Position numbers and translations under genes: made by a program. Below, in pieces: positions 1 through 10,301 of a stretch of 64,000 nt of DNA. Position 1 is the stretch's first letter, and each line of letters starts with the position of its first letter. Source of the DNA: Flectonema sp. DT1601 (Eukaryota); assembly GCA_964019425.1 (NCBI GenBank), contig OZ025793.1:806001-870000 (forward strand). Direction: 5' to 3'. The notes beneath the pieces were generated by a model. That model saw only the letters and a list, made by a program, of their open reading frames with translations. It did not search any database and had not been told where the DNA came from.

Positions 1-370
1 CAGTTACTCGCTTCTGTCCCCACGAAACGGGTGAACGCTGGCTGTTTGGACACGTTTCCTGAGTAATGCGAGCGATCTGAACAGGCTCATAGTACTCTAC
101 AATACCTTTGTCACCCTTCGCAATCTCACTATCAGCCCATGCCTTCAATGAGTCGTCGAGTTCTGATTCAACCGCTTCAAAGGTCTCTCCGATTTGACAC
201 AGCCGACCTCCTTGCTGTGAGGACATAATTTTGTCATTCGCTGCACTTCTTTTGATACCGTTTCGGTACTTTACGATGTACTTGCCCTGAACGATATCTC
301 CATCTGCTTGAACTGCCTGAGAGTTCGCTAATGAAAGGACGTATCCAACTAGAAATATCGAAGTCTTCAT
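1..370 (-). CDS. Subtilisin (S8A, proteinase K-like) subtype B, 5' part only; runs off the window edge
   Basis: ATG at 370. Matches 24539-24908 of the 627-aa copy, including the subtype-B codons for QIARITQETC. Confidence 0.9.
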   Translation of the reverse strand, partial: MKTSIFLVGYVLSLANSQAVQADGDIVQGKYIVKYRNGIKRSAANDKIMSSQQGGRLCQIGETFEAVESELDDSLKAWADSEIAKGDKGIVEYYEPVQIARITQETCPNSQRSPVSWGQKRVT

Positions 371-1050
371 TTTGAATTCGGGAAACTGAATTATTTAAAT
401 ATATTAACAAAATTACATTCAAAATGAAACACAATACGGAGAAGAGATCACTCGTCGCTCGTCAAACGTAAAAAGCTGCGTCGTCTATACGAAGATTTAT
501 CTACCAGTTAAGGGATCACACAGAGAGTGCAACACACACAAAGGAGGTGAAAAAAAGTCTGTTTTAGCCACCCCTCCATGATAGTTACCAATAATATATA
601 ACAAAGAGAGAGGAAGAAAATTAAATTTTTTTATATGTAGAATCCGTTGTTTGCAAACACCACGGCAACATGAGCAAACAAAAACGTATTGGATGTGTAA
701 CAACACGGTACTGACACACCCGAATATTGCAATAGAGAGAGACAGAGGGAGGGGAAATAGCGCTGAGGGTGGCAACAATTGCACCGCCTCTTCTTTCCAT
801 TTCATCGGCACCACGCCTGTTCAGCTGTCGCATGGGGAGTGTAGTGGGCCATACGGCACCATAAGTTAATATAAATAAAGTGGAAGAAACGAGAGTGGCA
901 GGGAAGAGGAAAGTCAAATTATTTTGAACATGACTAAATGAAAGTACATGTACTTTATAAACATATTATCAACGCGATGAACAACGAAGGAGTTTCCTTT
1001 CTTTTTAAAACGGAAAGAAGCAAAGAAGGAATAAACAAACTGACACCCCA

Positions 1051-2769
1051 CTAGCACTGACAACCTTCACAGTCGCAACCATATCTGCCTTCAAGGACAC
1101 TACATTGGTAACCACGTGAGACCCAATAGTCACAGCTGCGTCTTGAGCATCCCCTGCTGTTGCGACATCTTCCCGAAGAAACAGGTGCCCGAGTCGGTGG
1201 CGAAGGAGCCGATGAGCAAGAATTGCATCCACTGCAATCACAACGACTTAAACTACCGCAACCATACCCCCTCCCATTCCAGTAGTCACAACTCCTTCCG
1301 TAACAACCACTTGTGTCAGTACATCCACGTGCTGGAGGCGCAGGTCGGGATGGTGGCGACGGAGCATTTCTCCCACAATTCGAACACCCCGTGCAATCAC
1401 AGCGGGTCAAACTGCTGCAACCGTACCCTCTTGAGACCCAGTAGTCGCAACTCCTTCCAAAGCAACCGGTCTGATCAGCACATCCCGAAGGAGGGGACGG
1501 TGGTGTTGGTGGAGATGGCCTGGTTGGTGGAGATGGCGGAGATGGCCTAGTTGGTGGAGATGGCGGGGTCGGTGGTGTCGGTGGAGAGCTTCCATCACAA
1601 GGAATGTTAAGCATCTTATTCGGTGCCCCACGAGGGTCAGAGATAAATCCATTTCCTGCATTACTCAACAACCAGTTTGTCACGTCCCCCGATGACGCTG
1701 AAGGGTTCTGTCCGAGGAATACGGCCATCGCTCCCGCAACGTGCGGAGATGCCATGGAAGTGCCCGATAAAGTCGCAGTCGCCGAATCGCGTGATATCCC
1801 AGCAGACACGATGCTGGACCCAGGAGCGAAGATGTCGGTACAAGACCCAAAGTTGGAAAACGATGATCGAGCATCTCTAGAAGTCATCGAAGCAACAGTC
1901 ACCGCAGAAGGTGCCGAGGCAGGGCTCGATGAGCAGGCGTCTCCGTTTTCGTTACCAGCAGCCACAGCGAAGCTGACCCCAGAGCGAAAAGCTGCTTCGA
2001 CAGCATCATTCGTAGAGCGAGAACGGCCACCACCCAGAGACATGTTCACGAGTGACGGTCTACCGGTGCGACGAGCCTGCTCGACTACCCACTGAATCCC
2101 CCTAATGATACCCGCTGTCGAACCTCCTCCATCATCTCCCAGTACCTTAACTGCGATGACGTTCGCCCGCTTCGCCACTCCGTACGTCTTCCCAGCCACA
2201 GTCCCAGCAACGTGGGTTCCATGGCCTTGGCGGTCTGAATTCGATGAACCACTCACAAAGTTTTCTCCCCAGGTGCACCTTCCTCCATCAAACTCGTCGT
2301 GCGAGCAGCGAATCCCCGTGTCCAGTATGTACGCATCAACTCCCTCGCCCCACCTCGCGTTGTGTAAGTACGTTGACCCAACATCGCTCGCACGCTCAAC
2401 AGTTACTCGCTTCTGTCCCCACGAAACGGGTGAACGCTGGCTGTTTGGACACGTTTGCTGACTAATGCGAACGATCCGAACAGGCTCATAGTACTCTACA
2501 ACACCTTTGTCACCCTTCGCAATCTCACTATCAGCCCATGCCTTCAATGAGTCGTCGAGTTCTGATTCAACCGCTTCAAAGGTCTCTCCGATTTGGCACA
2601 GCCGACCTCCTTGCTGTGAGGACATAATTTTGTCATTCGCTGCACTTCTTTTGATACCGTTTCGGTACTTTACGATGTACTTGCCCTGAACGATATCTTC
2701 ATCTGCTTGAACTGCCTGAGAGTTCGCTAATGAAAGGACGTATCCAACTAGAAATATCGAAGTCTTCAT
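1051..2769 (-). CDS. Secreted proteinase K-like subtilisin, subtype A, 572 aa, with three C-terminal Cys-rich repeats
   Basis: Hydrophobic signal peptide and I9-like prodomain (YIVKYR). Catalytic motifs ILDTG, GHGTHVAG, AAGN and GTSMASPH. Pro/Thr/Ser linker followed by three 8-Cys repeats. Confidence 0.95.
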   Translation of the reverse strand: MKTSIFLVGYVLSLANSQAVQADEDIVQGKYIVKYRNGIKRSAANDKIMSSQQGGRLCQIGETFEAVESELDDSLKAWADSEIAKGDKGVVEYYEPVRIVRISQQTCPNSQRSPVSWGQKRVTVERASDVGSTYLHNARWGEGVDAYILDTGIRCSHDEFDGGRCTWGENFVSGSSNSDRQGHGTHVAGTVAGKTYGVAKRANVIAVKVLGDDGGGSTAGIIRGIQWVVEQARRTGRPSLVNMSLGGGRSRSTNDAVEAAFRSGVSFAVAAGNENGDACSSSPASAPSAVTVASMTSRDARSSFSNFGSCTDIFAPGSSIVSAGISRDSATATLSGTSMASPHVAGAMAVFLGQNPSASSGDVTNWLLSNAGNGFISDPRGAPNKMLNIPCDGSSPPTPPTPPSPPTRPSPPSPPTRPSPPTPPSPPSGCADQTGCFGRSCDYWVSRGYGCSSLTRCDCTGCSNCGRNAPSPPSRPAPPARGCTDTSGCYGRSCDYWNGRGYGCGSLSRCDCSGCNSCSSAPSPPTRAPVSSGRCRNSRGCSRRSCDYWVSRGYQCSVLEGRYGCDCEGCQC

Positions 2770-3004
2770 TTTGAATTCGGGAAACTGAATTATTTAAATA
2801 TATTAACAAAATTACATTCAAAATGAAACACAATACGGAGAAGAGATCACTTCGCTCGTCAAGCGTAAAAAGCTGCGTCGTCTATCCGAACCGTAATCGG
2901 TACGACAGCAGCAGGAAAAGACAAAAAATGAGATTATCATCAAAGAAGAGTTGTGTAGCTGCGAATTACATGCAATTGAAGTGTAGCCTCCGACCTTATT
3001 ATTA

Positions 3005-5039
3005 CCGTTATTATAAATATAATGGTGTATAAAAAGTCTCCAAATCTCCAAAAAATGGCCAAACCCACCATCTTTATTATATCCAAAGTTTTTTTAGTAC
3101 AATCATTCACAGAAACACTTAGCAAAATTCGGATTCCAGAAAAAAAAAATTTTTTTTTGACCTTTTTTTTTGACTTTGGTACTAAATCATCGACATTTTG
3201 AACTGGTTAAAGTTCTCAGGCTGGTCTTGTGTACCAACCTGGTGGGGGATTGATAACTAATGTTGAAGTTGCTTCCAGATATATATCAAGACAACATATC
3301 CAAATAACGTTGTTGGTAGCTGGTTGTACACCAGTCTTAAAGAATAATGTCAAAATTCCTAAAAGCAGCAAGGAGTGCAGCTTTGGTAGTGCTGGTGATG
3401 CAGTCTAGACGAGGCCAACGACAACTATCGAGGAAACGATATCCCCAATGCCTCCAATCATTCGCTTTACCTGGCGTAACTCCTTTTATGGTTCCAGCTA
3501 TCCTGAGGGAAACTTCGGAGTGAACCAGCTACTAGATGGTTCGATGGGTCTTTCGCCCCTATACCCAGCTTTGACGAGCGATTTGCACGTCAACACCGCA
3601 ACGGACCTCCACCAGGAGTTCCCGAGGTATGAGGTGCGGTATTAAGAAACATGAACTAATGTTCACAACTACAGACTTCAGGAGCTCGGGTGGATTTGCA
3701 GGATTGACAATACCTGCTTTTATAAAACCAGCCATGATAGTATTTTTCATAATGCTATCAAGGGCTGTCACTATCCAGCCAATTTGCGTCCCTCGAATGT
3801 TCTCATCCATTTTGATATAGGTTCGGATTCAGGAGCTCCTTTTGGACCCTTCCCTTTCGCAACGCGCTTTAAAGTTTCGATCAGCTTTTTGATTTGATTT
3901 TTTCAACTTTTCCTCCCGCTTGCGCATCTGCTCTGTCAGCCACTCTCCAAAGAAAGCTTGGTGCTTCTTTGAAGTTGGCCATGACAGTTAGATCCAGCGG
4001 CCGGAGATGAGAAGTCCATCCGCCTTGCACCAGTATAACCGTAATATTGGCTTCTTCAAATCGACGAAGGACTTCCTCAGCTATCTGTCCCCTAAACTGG
4101 TCATATACTGCGAGGCCAGCCATGAGATCTACTCTTTGATGTCTGCTGTTGACACTTCAGACGGTGGTGTCCAATCAGTAGATTTAATTGCAGTATTTGT
4201 TTCGTGTTATTTGTTTTTTATAAATTTGTTAATTGTCGGCACCCGTCGCTCGCCAGATGGGTCAGAAACAAAATACTGTAATTATAAATATCACGGTGTA
4301 TAAAAAATTTGAAGTATAAACAACTTTGGATATAAAAAAGATGGTGGATTCTCGGGAAAAAAACTTGGTGGATTTTTATAAAAAAGTATGAAAGTACACA
4401 TTTTGACTGTAAAATGGTAGTTTTTGAGTATGAAATTTTTCACACTATGCACAATTTTTTGAAAAAACGGGATGCTTTTGAGCCCCTGAGCAAGGTGGAG
4501 CTGGGTTTGATAAAGAAAGAGCAGCGGGTAAAAGAGCACAAACGTCTCGCTGCTATGAGAAGTGGTTAAGGGAGGAGTTGCTTAACCTCTGCCACCAATG
4601 TGTCAAGGGCGATTGCATACTTCAACACGGACCATAAGAAGAGATCAACAGTGCAGGCAGGGCAATGAAGCTCTTTATTGAGGAACAAAAAGAGGAAGGC
4701 AAAGGGAGAACCACTAGAAGGGCAGGTGAAATCTGGGAGACCAACCATCTTAACCACTGATGAGGAAGCGGGTGCTCGATTTAATTGAGAATATCTGTGC
4801 CTTATGGTGGCTGTGTGTTTGCTTCTCTGGTTTCAAGCACAGGTGATACGCCGGAACGCGTGGATTCCGGTTCCCTACAAGCAACATGAACCTACAAGTT
4901 CCTGGAACGGAAGGGTCTTGGAACCACTGCGAAAGTAGCGCCTGAAGCAGAACTCCTATCAGCTCGGTCAAGGTTTCTGGAGCAATAGTCCCATACTTTA
5001 TTAAAAAACGCCAGGAGCTGGGACTCCAATCGGATCACC
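3005..5039. mobile_element. Degenerate, internally inverted pogo-type DNA transposon
   Basis: 3005-4119 resembles the left part of the element at 5109-7429. 4276-5039 is the reverse complement of its right part. TA-preceded TIR-like ends start at 3005 and 4276. Transposase remnants LAVYDQFRGQ and HLRPLDL, with frameshifts and deletions. Confidence 0.9.
3428..3623 (-). pseudogene. LSU (28S-type) rRNA fragment inserted in the degenerate transposon
   Basis: Reverse complement contains conserved LSU core GGGGCGAAAGACCCATCGAACCATCTAGTAGCTGGTTC and GGTAAAGCGAATGATT. It is absent from the intact element at the equivalent position (~5427-5477). Confidence 0.92.
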
Positions 5040-5108
5040 CTACCTCCGTGTGTAGATATTTAAACTTCGAGAAAACAGAAAAAGAGTAAACTAAATTGCA
5101 ATAATATA

Positions 5109-7429
5109 CTGTAACCGTAAATAACATGGTGTATAAAAAGTCTCCAAATCGCCAAAAAATGGCCAAATCCACCATCTTTATTCTAAAGTTTTTTTAGCAA
5201 TTATTCACAAAAAACACTTAGCAAAATTCGGATTCCAGAAGAAAAAAAAAATTTGACCTTTTTTTTTTGACTTGCCCAGAAAAGGACAACATATCCACAA
5301 ATAACGTTGTTGGTAGCTGGTTGCACACCAGTCTTAATAAATGAGATGTCAAAACTACTAAAAGCAAAACGGAGTGCAGCTTTGGTAGTGCTGGTGATGC
5401 AGTCTAGACGAGGATCAACTACAACTAAGGAGTTCCCTTCCCCAATAGTTGTAACAGCCAGTAGCCAGTGTGACCCACCGAGGTATGAGGTGCGGTATTA
5501 AGAAACATGAACTCATGTTCACAACTACGGACTTCAGGAGGGCAAGCCAGGTCTAGAGGAAAGCAACCACGGAACCTAATAGGCTCCCTGTTACACATGA
5601 ACTTGAATACGTAAGAGAGATCACTTTCTGAGCAGCGTGTTCGCTGAAGCATTGGGTGTAGGAAAAGACTTAACTTCTGTAACAGTTGGCAATTCAAGCT
5701 TTGGGTTCTTCACAGGTGGCACAATATCATCAAGCTGTTTCTTGCACTTCCCCGTCGGGGTGGTAACTCTGATGAATTCGTCGTCTTCTTCGTTCTAATA
5801 TTCGAACAGGAGCTCGGGTGGATTTACAGTATTGACAATACCTGCTTTTATAAAACCAGCTGTGATACTATTTTTCGTAATGCTATCAAGGGCTGTTACT
5901 ATCCACTCAATTTGCGGCCCTCGAATGTTCTTCGTTTTTGTGAGCTCCTGCATCCACTTTGACATGGGTTCAGATTCAGCAACCTCTTTTGGATCCTTCC
6001 CTTTCGCAGCGCGCTTAGCGTTTCTATCAGCTTTTTGATTTGATTTTTTTAATTTTTCCTCCCGCTTGCGCGTCTGCTCTGTCAGCCACTCTCTAAAGGA
6101 AAGCTTGATGCTTCTTTTGAAGTTGGCCATGACAGTTAGATCCAGCGGCCGGAGATGAGAAGTCCATCCGCCTGGCACTAGTACAACCGTGATATTTGCT
6201 TCTTCAAAGCTACGAAGGACCTCCTCAGTTATCTGCCCCCTAAACTGGTCATATACTGCGAGGCCAGGGTGATCCGATTCAAGTCCCAGCTCCTGGCGTT
6301 TTTTAATAAAGTATGGGACTATTGCCTTCTGAAAGTACTCAATGGTTGTTGTTTCGTTTGCCCACCCTCTTGGATTACTGGTTAACAGCACATCATTTCG
6401 GTGTTCGAGACAAGGGTGGCTGTGTGGAGTCGATCTAGCCGTCTTTCCCTTATAGATGACCTGCATAGGGAGCATGTCCCCTGTCATCGAGCAGCCCAGT
6501 ACTACGCTGACGCCCCGCTTATCATCGGTGAATGATATCGGCACCGACTTAGCACCTTTGGGATTGAAGGTGCACTTGCTTGATGGAAGCATCAGGCACT
6601 GGGTGTGGTCAAAGTTAATGACCATGCTGTCAGGAATTGCACCATGTATTCGAGCACTGGAGATGCATTCCAGAAACCTTGATCGAGCTGATGTAAGTTC
6701 TGCTTCAGGCACTACTTTCGCAGTGGTTCCACGACGGTGTGTCCAACCCTTCCGTTCCAGGAACTTGTAGGCCCATACTTCTTGTAGGGAACTAGAATCC
6801 ACGCGTTCCGGTGTATCACTTGCAAGCACTATCCCCCTTGCTGTGCTTGAAACCAGAGAAACAAACACACAGCCACCATAAGCACGGATATTCTCAATTA
6901 AATCGAGCACCCTTGCTTCCTCATCAGTGGTTAAGATGGTGGGTCTCCCAGATTTTACCTGCCCTTCTTTTAGTGGTTCTCCCTTCGTCTTCTTCTGTTC
7001 CTCAATAAAGAGCTTCATTGCCCTGCCTACCGTGCCAACTGTTAATCTCTTCTTATGGTCCTTGTTGAAGAAGGCAATCGCCTTTGACACATTGGTGGCA
7101 GAGTTCACCATCTCACCGATGTTAAGCAACTCCTCCCTTGACCACTTCCCATAACAGCGAGAAGTTGGTTGCTCTTTCACCCGCTGCTTTTGCCTTATCA
7201 AATCCAGCTCCACCTTGCTCACCGACGTCTTCAGGGGCTCAAAAGGCTCCCGTTTTTTCAAATTTGTGCATAGTGTGATTGCCTACAGAAAAATTTCATA
7301 CTCAAAAAACTACCATTCTACAGTCAAAATGTGTACTTTCATACTTTTTTATAAAATTCCACCATCTTTTTTATATCCAAAGTTGTTATACTCCAATTTT
7401 TTTATACACCATGTTATTTACTGTTACAG
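5109..7429 (-). mobile_element. Near-intact pogo/Tc1-mariner superfamily DNA transposon
   Basis: 31-bp TIRs CTGTAA(C/A-variant)CGTAAATAACATGGTGTATAAAAA at 5109-5139 and 7399-7429, one mismatch. TA duplication at 5107-5108 and 7430-7431. Empty paralogous site at 29716-29717. Confidence 0.95.
5795..7261 (-). CDS. pogo-type DDD transposase (DD35D spacing); native start probably frameshifted
   Basis: CENP-B-like HTH region (GRPTILT). Motifs INFDHT, PMQVIYKG, VYDQF and LRPLD, with 35 residues between the last two Asp. The ATG at 7271 is out of frame; the first in-frame ATG is at 7111. Confidence 0.88.
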   Translation of the reverse strand: MKKREPFEPLKTSVSKVELDLIRQKQRVKEQPTSRCYGKWSREELLNIGEMVNSATNVSKAIAFFNKDHKKRLTVGTVGRAMKLFIEEQKKTKGEPLKEGQVKSGRPTILTTDEEARVLDLIENIRAYGGCVFVSLVSSTARGIVLASDTPERVDSSSLQEVWAYKFLERKGWTHRRGTTAKVVPEAELTSARSRFLECISSARIHGAIPDSMVINFDHTQCLMLPSSKCTFNPKGAKSVPISFTDDKRGVSVVLGCSMTGDMLPMQVIYKGKTARSTPHSHPCLEHRNDVLLTSNPRGWANETTTIEYFQKAIVPYFIKKRQELGLESDHPGLAVYDQFRGQITEEVLRSFEEANITVVLVPGGWTSHLRPLDLTVMANFKRSIKLSFREWLTEQTRKREEKLKKSNQKADRNAKRAAKGKDPKEVAESEPMSKWMQELTKTKNIRGPQIEWIVTALDSITKNSITAGFIKAGIVNTVNPPELLFEY

Positions 7430-7791
7430 TAGTATTTTTTTACTTGTGAGTTATTTCAATTCCATCACCGAACGTAAACTGCGACAAAAAAGAAAAAGAA
7501 TAAACCAAATTGATAAAGACAAGACTACCTTCTTCATTGCTTTAAATCCTGGGAAGTTAAATTGAACATAAGCGGGTCGTGTTTGTCAAAACCAAATCAA
7601 AAGCGAACGCACAAGAAAAAGTACAACAATTGCAGAACAGAGGAAGACAACAACAAGTAACTATAAGCGGAATACCGAAGTACACCACGGCAGTTCAGAA
7701 TTAAACAGAGAACTTAACAAAGAATACAAGTTTTCTTTTTTTCTTTTTCTTTTTTTTTTTTGGATATTTTTCTTTTGTGTTTTATTTTTAT

Positions 7792-7822
<31 letters not shown>

Positions 7823-8003
7823 AATTAACTAACGACACAAATACATCAACCCAGTGCGGTGAACAGGGACAAGGCACAGCTAACTTGTTCACAATGACAA
7901 GTTCTTACACATGCCGACTCCTCTCCTTTCCTCTCTCCTTTCTTCTCCTCTCCATTACATTCAGGACATAGCTTAACCACATGAATAGCAGTCAATCAAT
8001 AGC

Positions 8004-9551
8004 TCAGTAGTATCTGGATGGTGATCCCAAAGCAGCCAACTTGGCGTCGAGAATTGGACTTCCGGATCCGATGCTTCTCAACGGAGATCCAGCTCCAACA
8101 GCAGCGAGAGGAGACAACGGGTCGACAAGTGCAACAGTATGTCTTGGGCTTGCACTGTGAACAGCTCTCGTCAGCGAAGCAGCACGTGCAACGTCTCCGG
8201 CCCTCGCAGCATCCAACCCGGCGAGTCTCGCAGACGCGTGTGCCCCAGCCTCAACTCCCGTCGCGGCAACCTCCCTCGCCCCGGCAGCTGCAAGTGCTCC
8301 ATGCTCCTGTGCGTGTCTCACTCTCTCGATCGAAGCATGAGTCACGGCCGCTCCGTGTGCCCCGCGGGCAGCAACTTCGTTCGCAGACGCGTGTGCGTAG
8401 GTCGCATGTGCTCCCTCCAACATCCTTCCGCTTCTTCTGAGAGATCCGTGCGCTTCTGCAACATTTCCGTGTGCCGCCGCTTCCTCCACTCCACGCGCAG
8501 CCAACTCAGCTCTCGCAGCCGCAGCATCCCTCGCCGCCACTGAAGCACCCGCCACCGCAACCTGCGCATCCCTGTCCGCCAAAGCGAGTCTCGACGAAGC
8601 ATTCGTTGCCCCGGCGTGCTCAGCCGCAGCCCTTCTCGCAGCCGCATCCGCCTCAGCAGCAGTCGCCCCGTGGTGCAAGGCACGGGCCCTCGCCTGCTGC
8701 TCAACAGCCGCCGCTTCCGCTCTCGACTGTGCCGCAGCAACACGGGCAGCGTCCGCTTCTCTACCAGCAACAGCCAACGCCGTGGTCGCCGCACGTTCCG
8801 CAGCAGCAGCTTCCCGTGCCGCCGCCGCAGCCGCCGCCGCAGCCGCAGCAGCCTCAGCCCTTCTCGCCTCAGCCATCGCGGCCTGTGCCTCGATTCCAGC
8901 AGCCCTGTCTCTCGACAACGCAGCCGCAGTCGTCGCTTCCTGTGCGAGTGCCGCCGCAGCCCTCTCCCCGGCCCTCGCGTTCGCAGCATCCGCCCCGGCC
9001 GCAGTCGCTCTCGCCGCAGCCACGTTTGCCTCAACTGACCTTCCGTTTCTCACAGCTCCCAGTTGAGCCGCAGTCGCCGTCGCCGACGCGCTGTGCAAGT
9101 CACGATCCGCAGCCCTTCTCCCCGCAAGGTCCCTGTCCAGTGCCTTCGCTCCCAGAACTCCCTCCGCTGCAGCAAGGTGTGCCTGGTTTCTCTGGAACTC
9201 AACTCCCCTCACCGAAACTTCTGATCCCGCGGCGGTCGCCGCAATCGCAGATGACTGGTGGGCAACAGCAGCAGCTCCCTCCCTCATCGAAGCGTCAGCA
9301 GCAAGTCTTCCCTGCAGAGCGGTTCTTCCCGATTGCGCAATCGCTCCCGCTCTGGCATGGCTCGCGTTCATCGAAGCCGCCGCAGCCGACGACGACATCA
9401 AACCAGCCCTCGCCGATGCTTCGATCGATCCGGCGCGGGCAGCAGCTTCTCCGACAGCGTAGGTGTGTCCCACAGCGGCGTGCACAGGATCATCAACGAT
9501 TACCGCTCTTGGGCTCAGGCTGGCAGCGAGACGAGGAGACAAGTAGGCCAT
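8004..9551 (-). CDS. Alanine-rich predicted coiled-coil protein, 515 aa, copy 1
   Basis: Long ATG-initiated ORF on the same strand as its neighbours, preceded by a pyrimidine-rich AG (tttattctcatcacag). Three copies have identical translations. Confidence 0.85.
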   Translation of the reverse strand: MAYLSPRLAASLSPRAVIVDDPVHAAVGHTYAVGEAAARAGSIEASARAGLMSSSAAAASMNASHARAGAIAQSGRTALQGRLAADASMREGAAAVAHQSSAIAATAAGSEVSVRGVEFQRNQAHLAAAEGVLGAKALDRDLAGRRAADRDLHSASATATAAQLGAVRNGRSVEANVAAARATAAGADAANARAGERAAAALAQEATTAAALSRDRAAGIEAQAAMAEARRAEAAAAAAAAAAAAREAAAAERAATTALAVAGREADAARVAAAQSRAEAAAVEQQARARALHHGATAAEADAAARRAAAEHAGATNASSRLALADRDAQVAVAGASVAARDAAAARAELAARGVEEAAAHGNVAEAHGSLRRSGRMLEGAHATYAHASANEVAARGAHGAAVTHASIERVRHAQEHGALAAAGAREVAATGVEAGAHASARLAGLDAARAGDVARAASLTRAVHSASPRHTVALVDPLSPLAAVGAGSPLRSIGSGSPILDAKLAALGSPSRYY

Positions 9552-10301
9552 TGTTGAGTGTGTGTGTGTGGTAAGGTGTCGATTGGAAACTGTGATGAGA
9601 ATAAACTAATCAAATGGAAGCTAACGATCTCCGGGTAGAATTAAAACGAATTATTTAGTCACAGATCTTCATACACATGACGTGCTTCTACCTACAGAAA
9701 AGAGAGAATATGGGATAATACCTGAGACTCACCTGACAAAATCACTTTTATCTACCAGTTAAGGGATCACACATAGAGAGCAACACACACAAAGGAGGTG
9801 AAAAAAAGTCTGTTTTAGCCACCCCTCCATGATAGTTACCAATAATATATAACAAAGAGAGAGGAAGAAAATTAAATTTTTTTATATGTAGAATCCGTTG
9901 TTTGCAAACACCACGGCAACATGAGCAAACAAAAACGTATTGGATGTGTAACAACACGGTACTGACACACCCGAATATTGCAATAGAGAGAGACAGAGGG
10001 AGGGGAAATAGCGCTGAGGGTGGCAACAATTGCACCGCCTCTTCTTTCCATTTCATCGGCACCACGCCTGTTCAGCTGTCGCATGGGGAGTGTAGTGGGC
10101 CATACGGCACCATAAGTTAATATAAATAAAGTGGAAGAAACGAGAGTGGCAGGGAAGAGGAAAGTCAAATTATTTTGAACATGACTAAATGAAAGTACAT
10201 GTACTTTATAAACATATTATCAACGCGATGAACAACGAAGGAGTTTCCTTTCTTTTTAAAACGGAAAGAAGCAAAGAAGGAATAAACAAACTGACACCCC
10301 A

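Noticed and set aside
497..917. 72-105-aa ORFs repeated in the subtilisin 3' flanks
   Set aside because: Frames are not preserved between subtype A and B copies, consistent with non-coding UTR or spacer.
949..960. TGTACTTTAT as a second SL relic
   Set aside because: Only 10 nt, on the wrong strand, in a 3' flank, and explained as half of the palindrome.
5040..5065. Apparent shared cassette-insertion site (TACCTYCGTG) at 5041, 20218 and 29652, suggesting an integron-like system
   Set aside because: Undoing the 4120-5039 inversion makes copy 1 continuous with copy 3, leaving only one novel junction. There is no recombinase gene.
8471..9574. 367-aa Pro/Gln-rich and other overlapping ORFs on the Ala-rich genes (also at 21233 and 30740)
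   Set aside because: Shadow frames of GC-rich Ala codons. They use non-ATG starts and most oppose the cluster strand.
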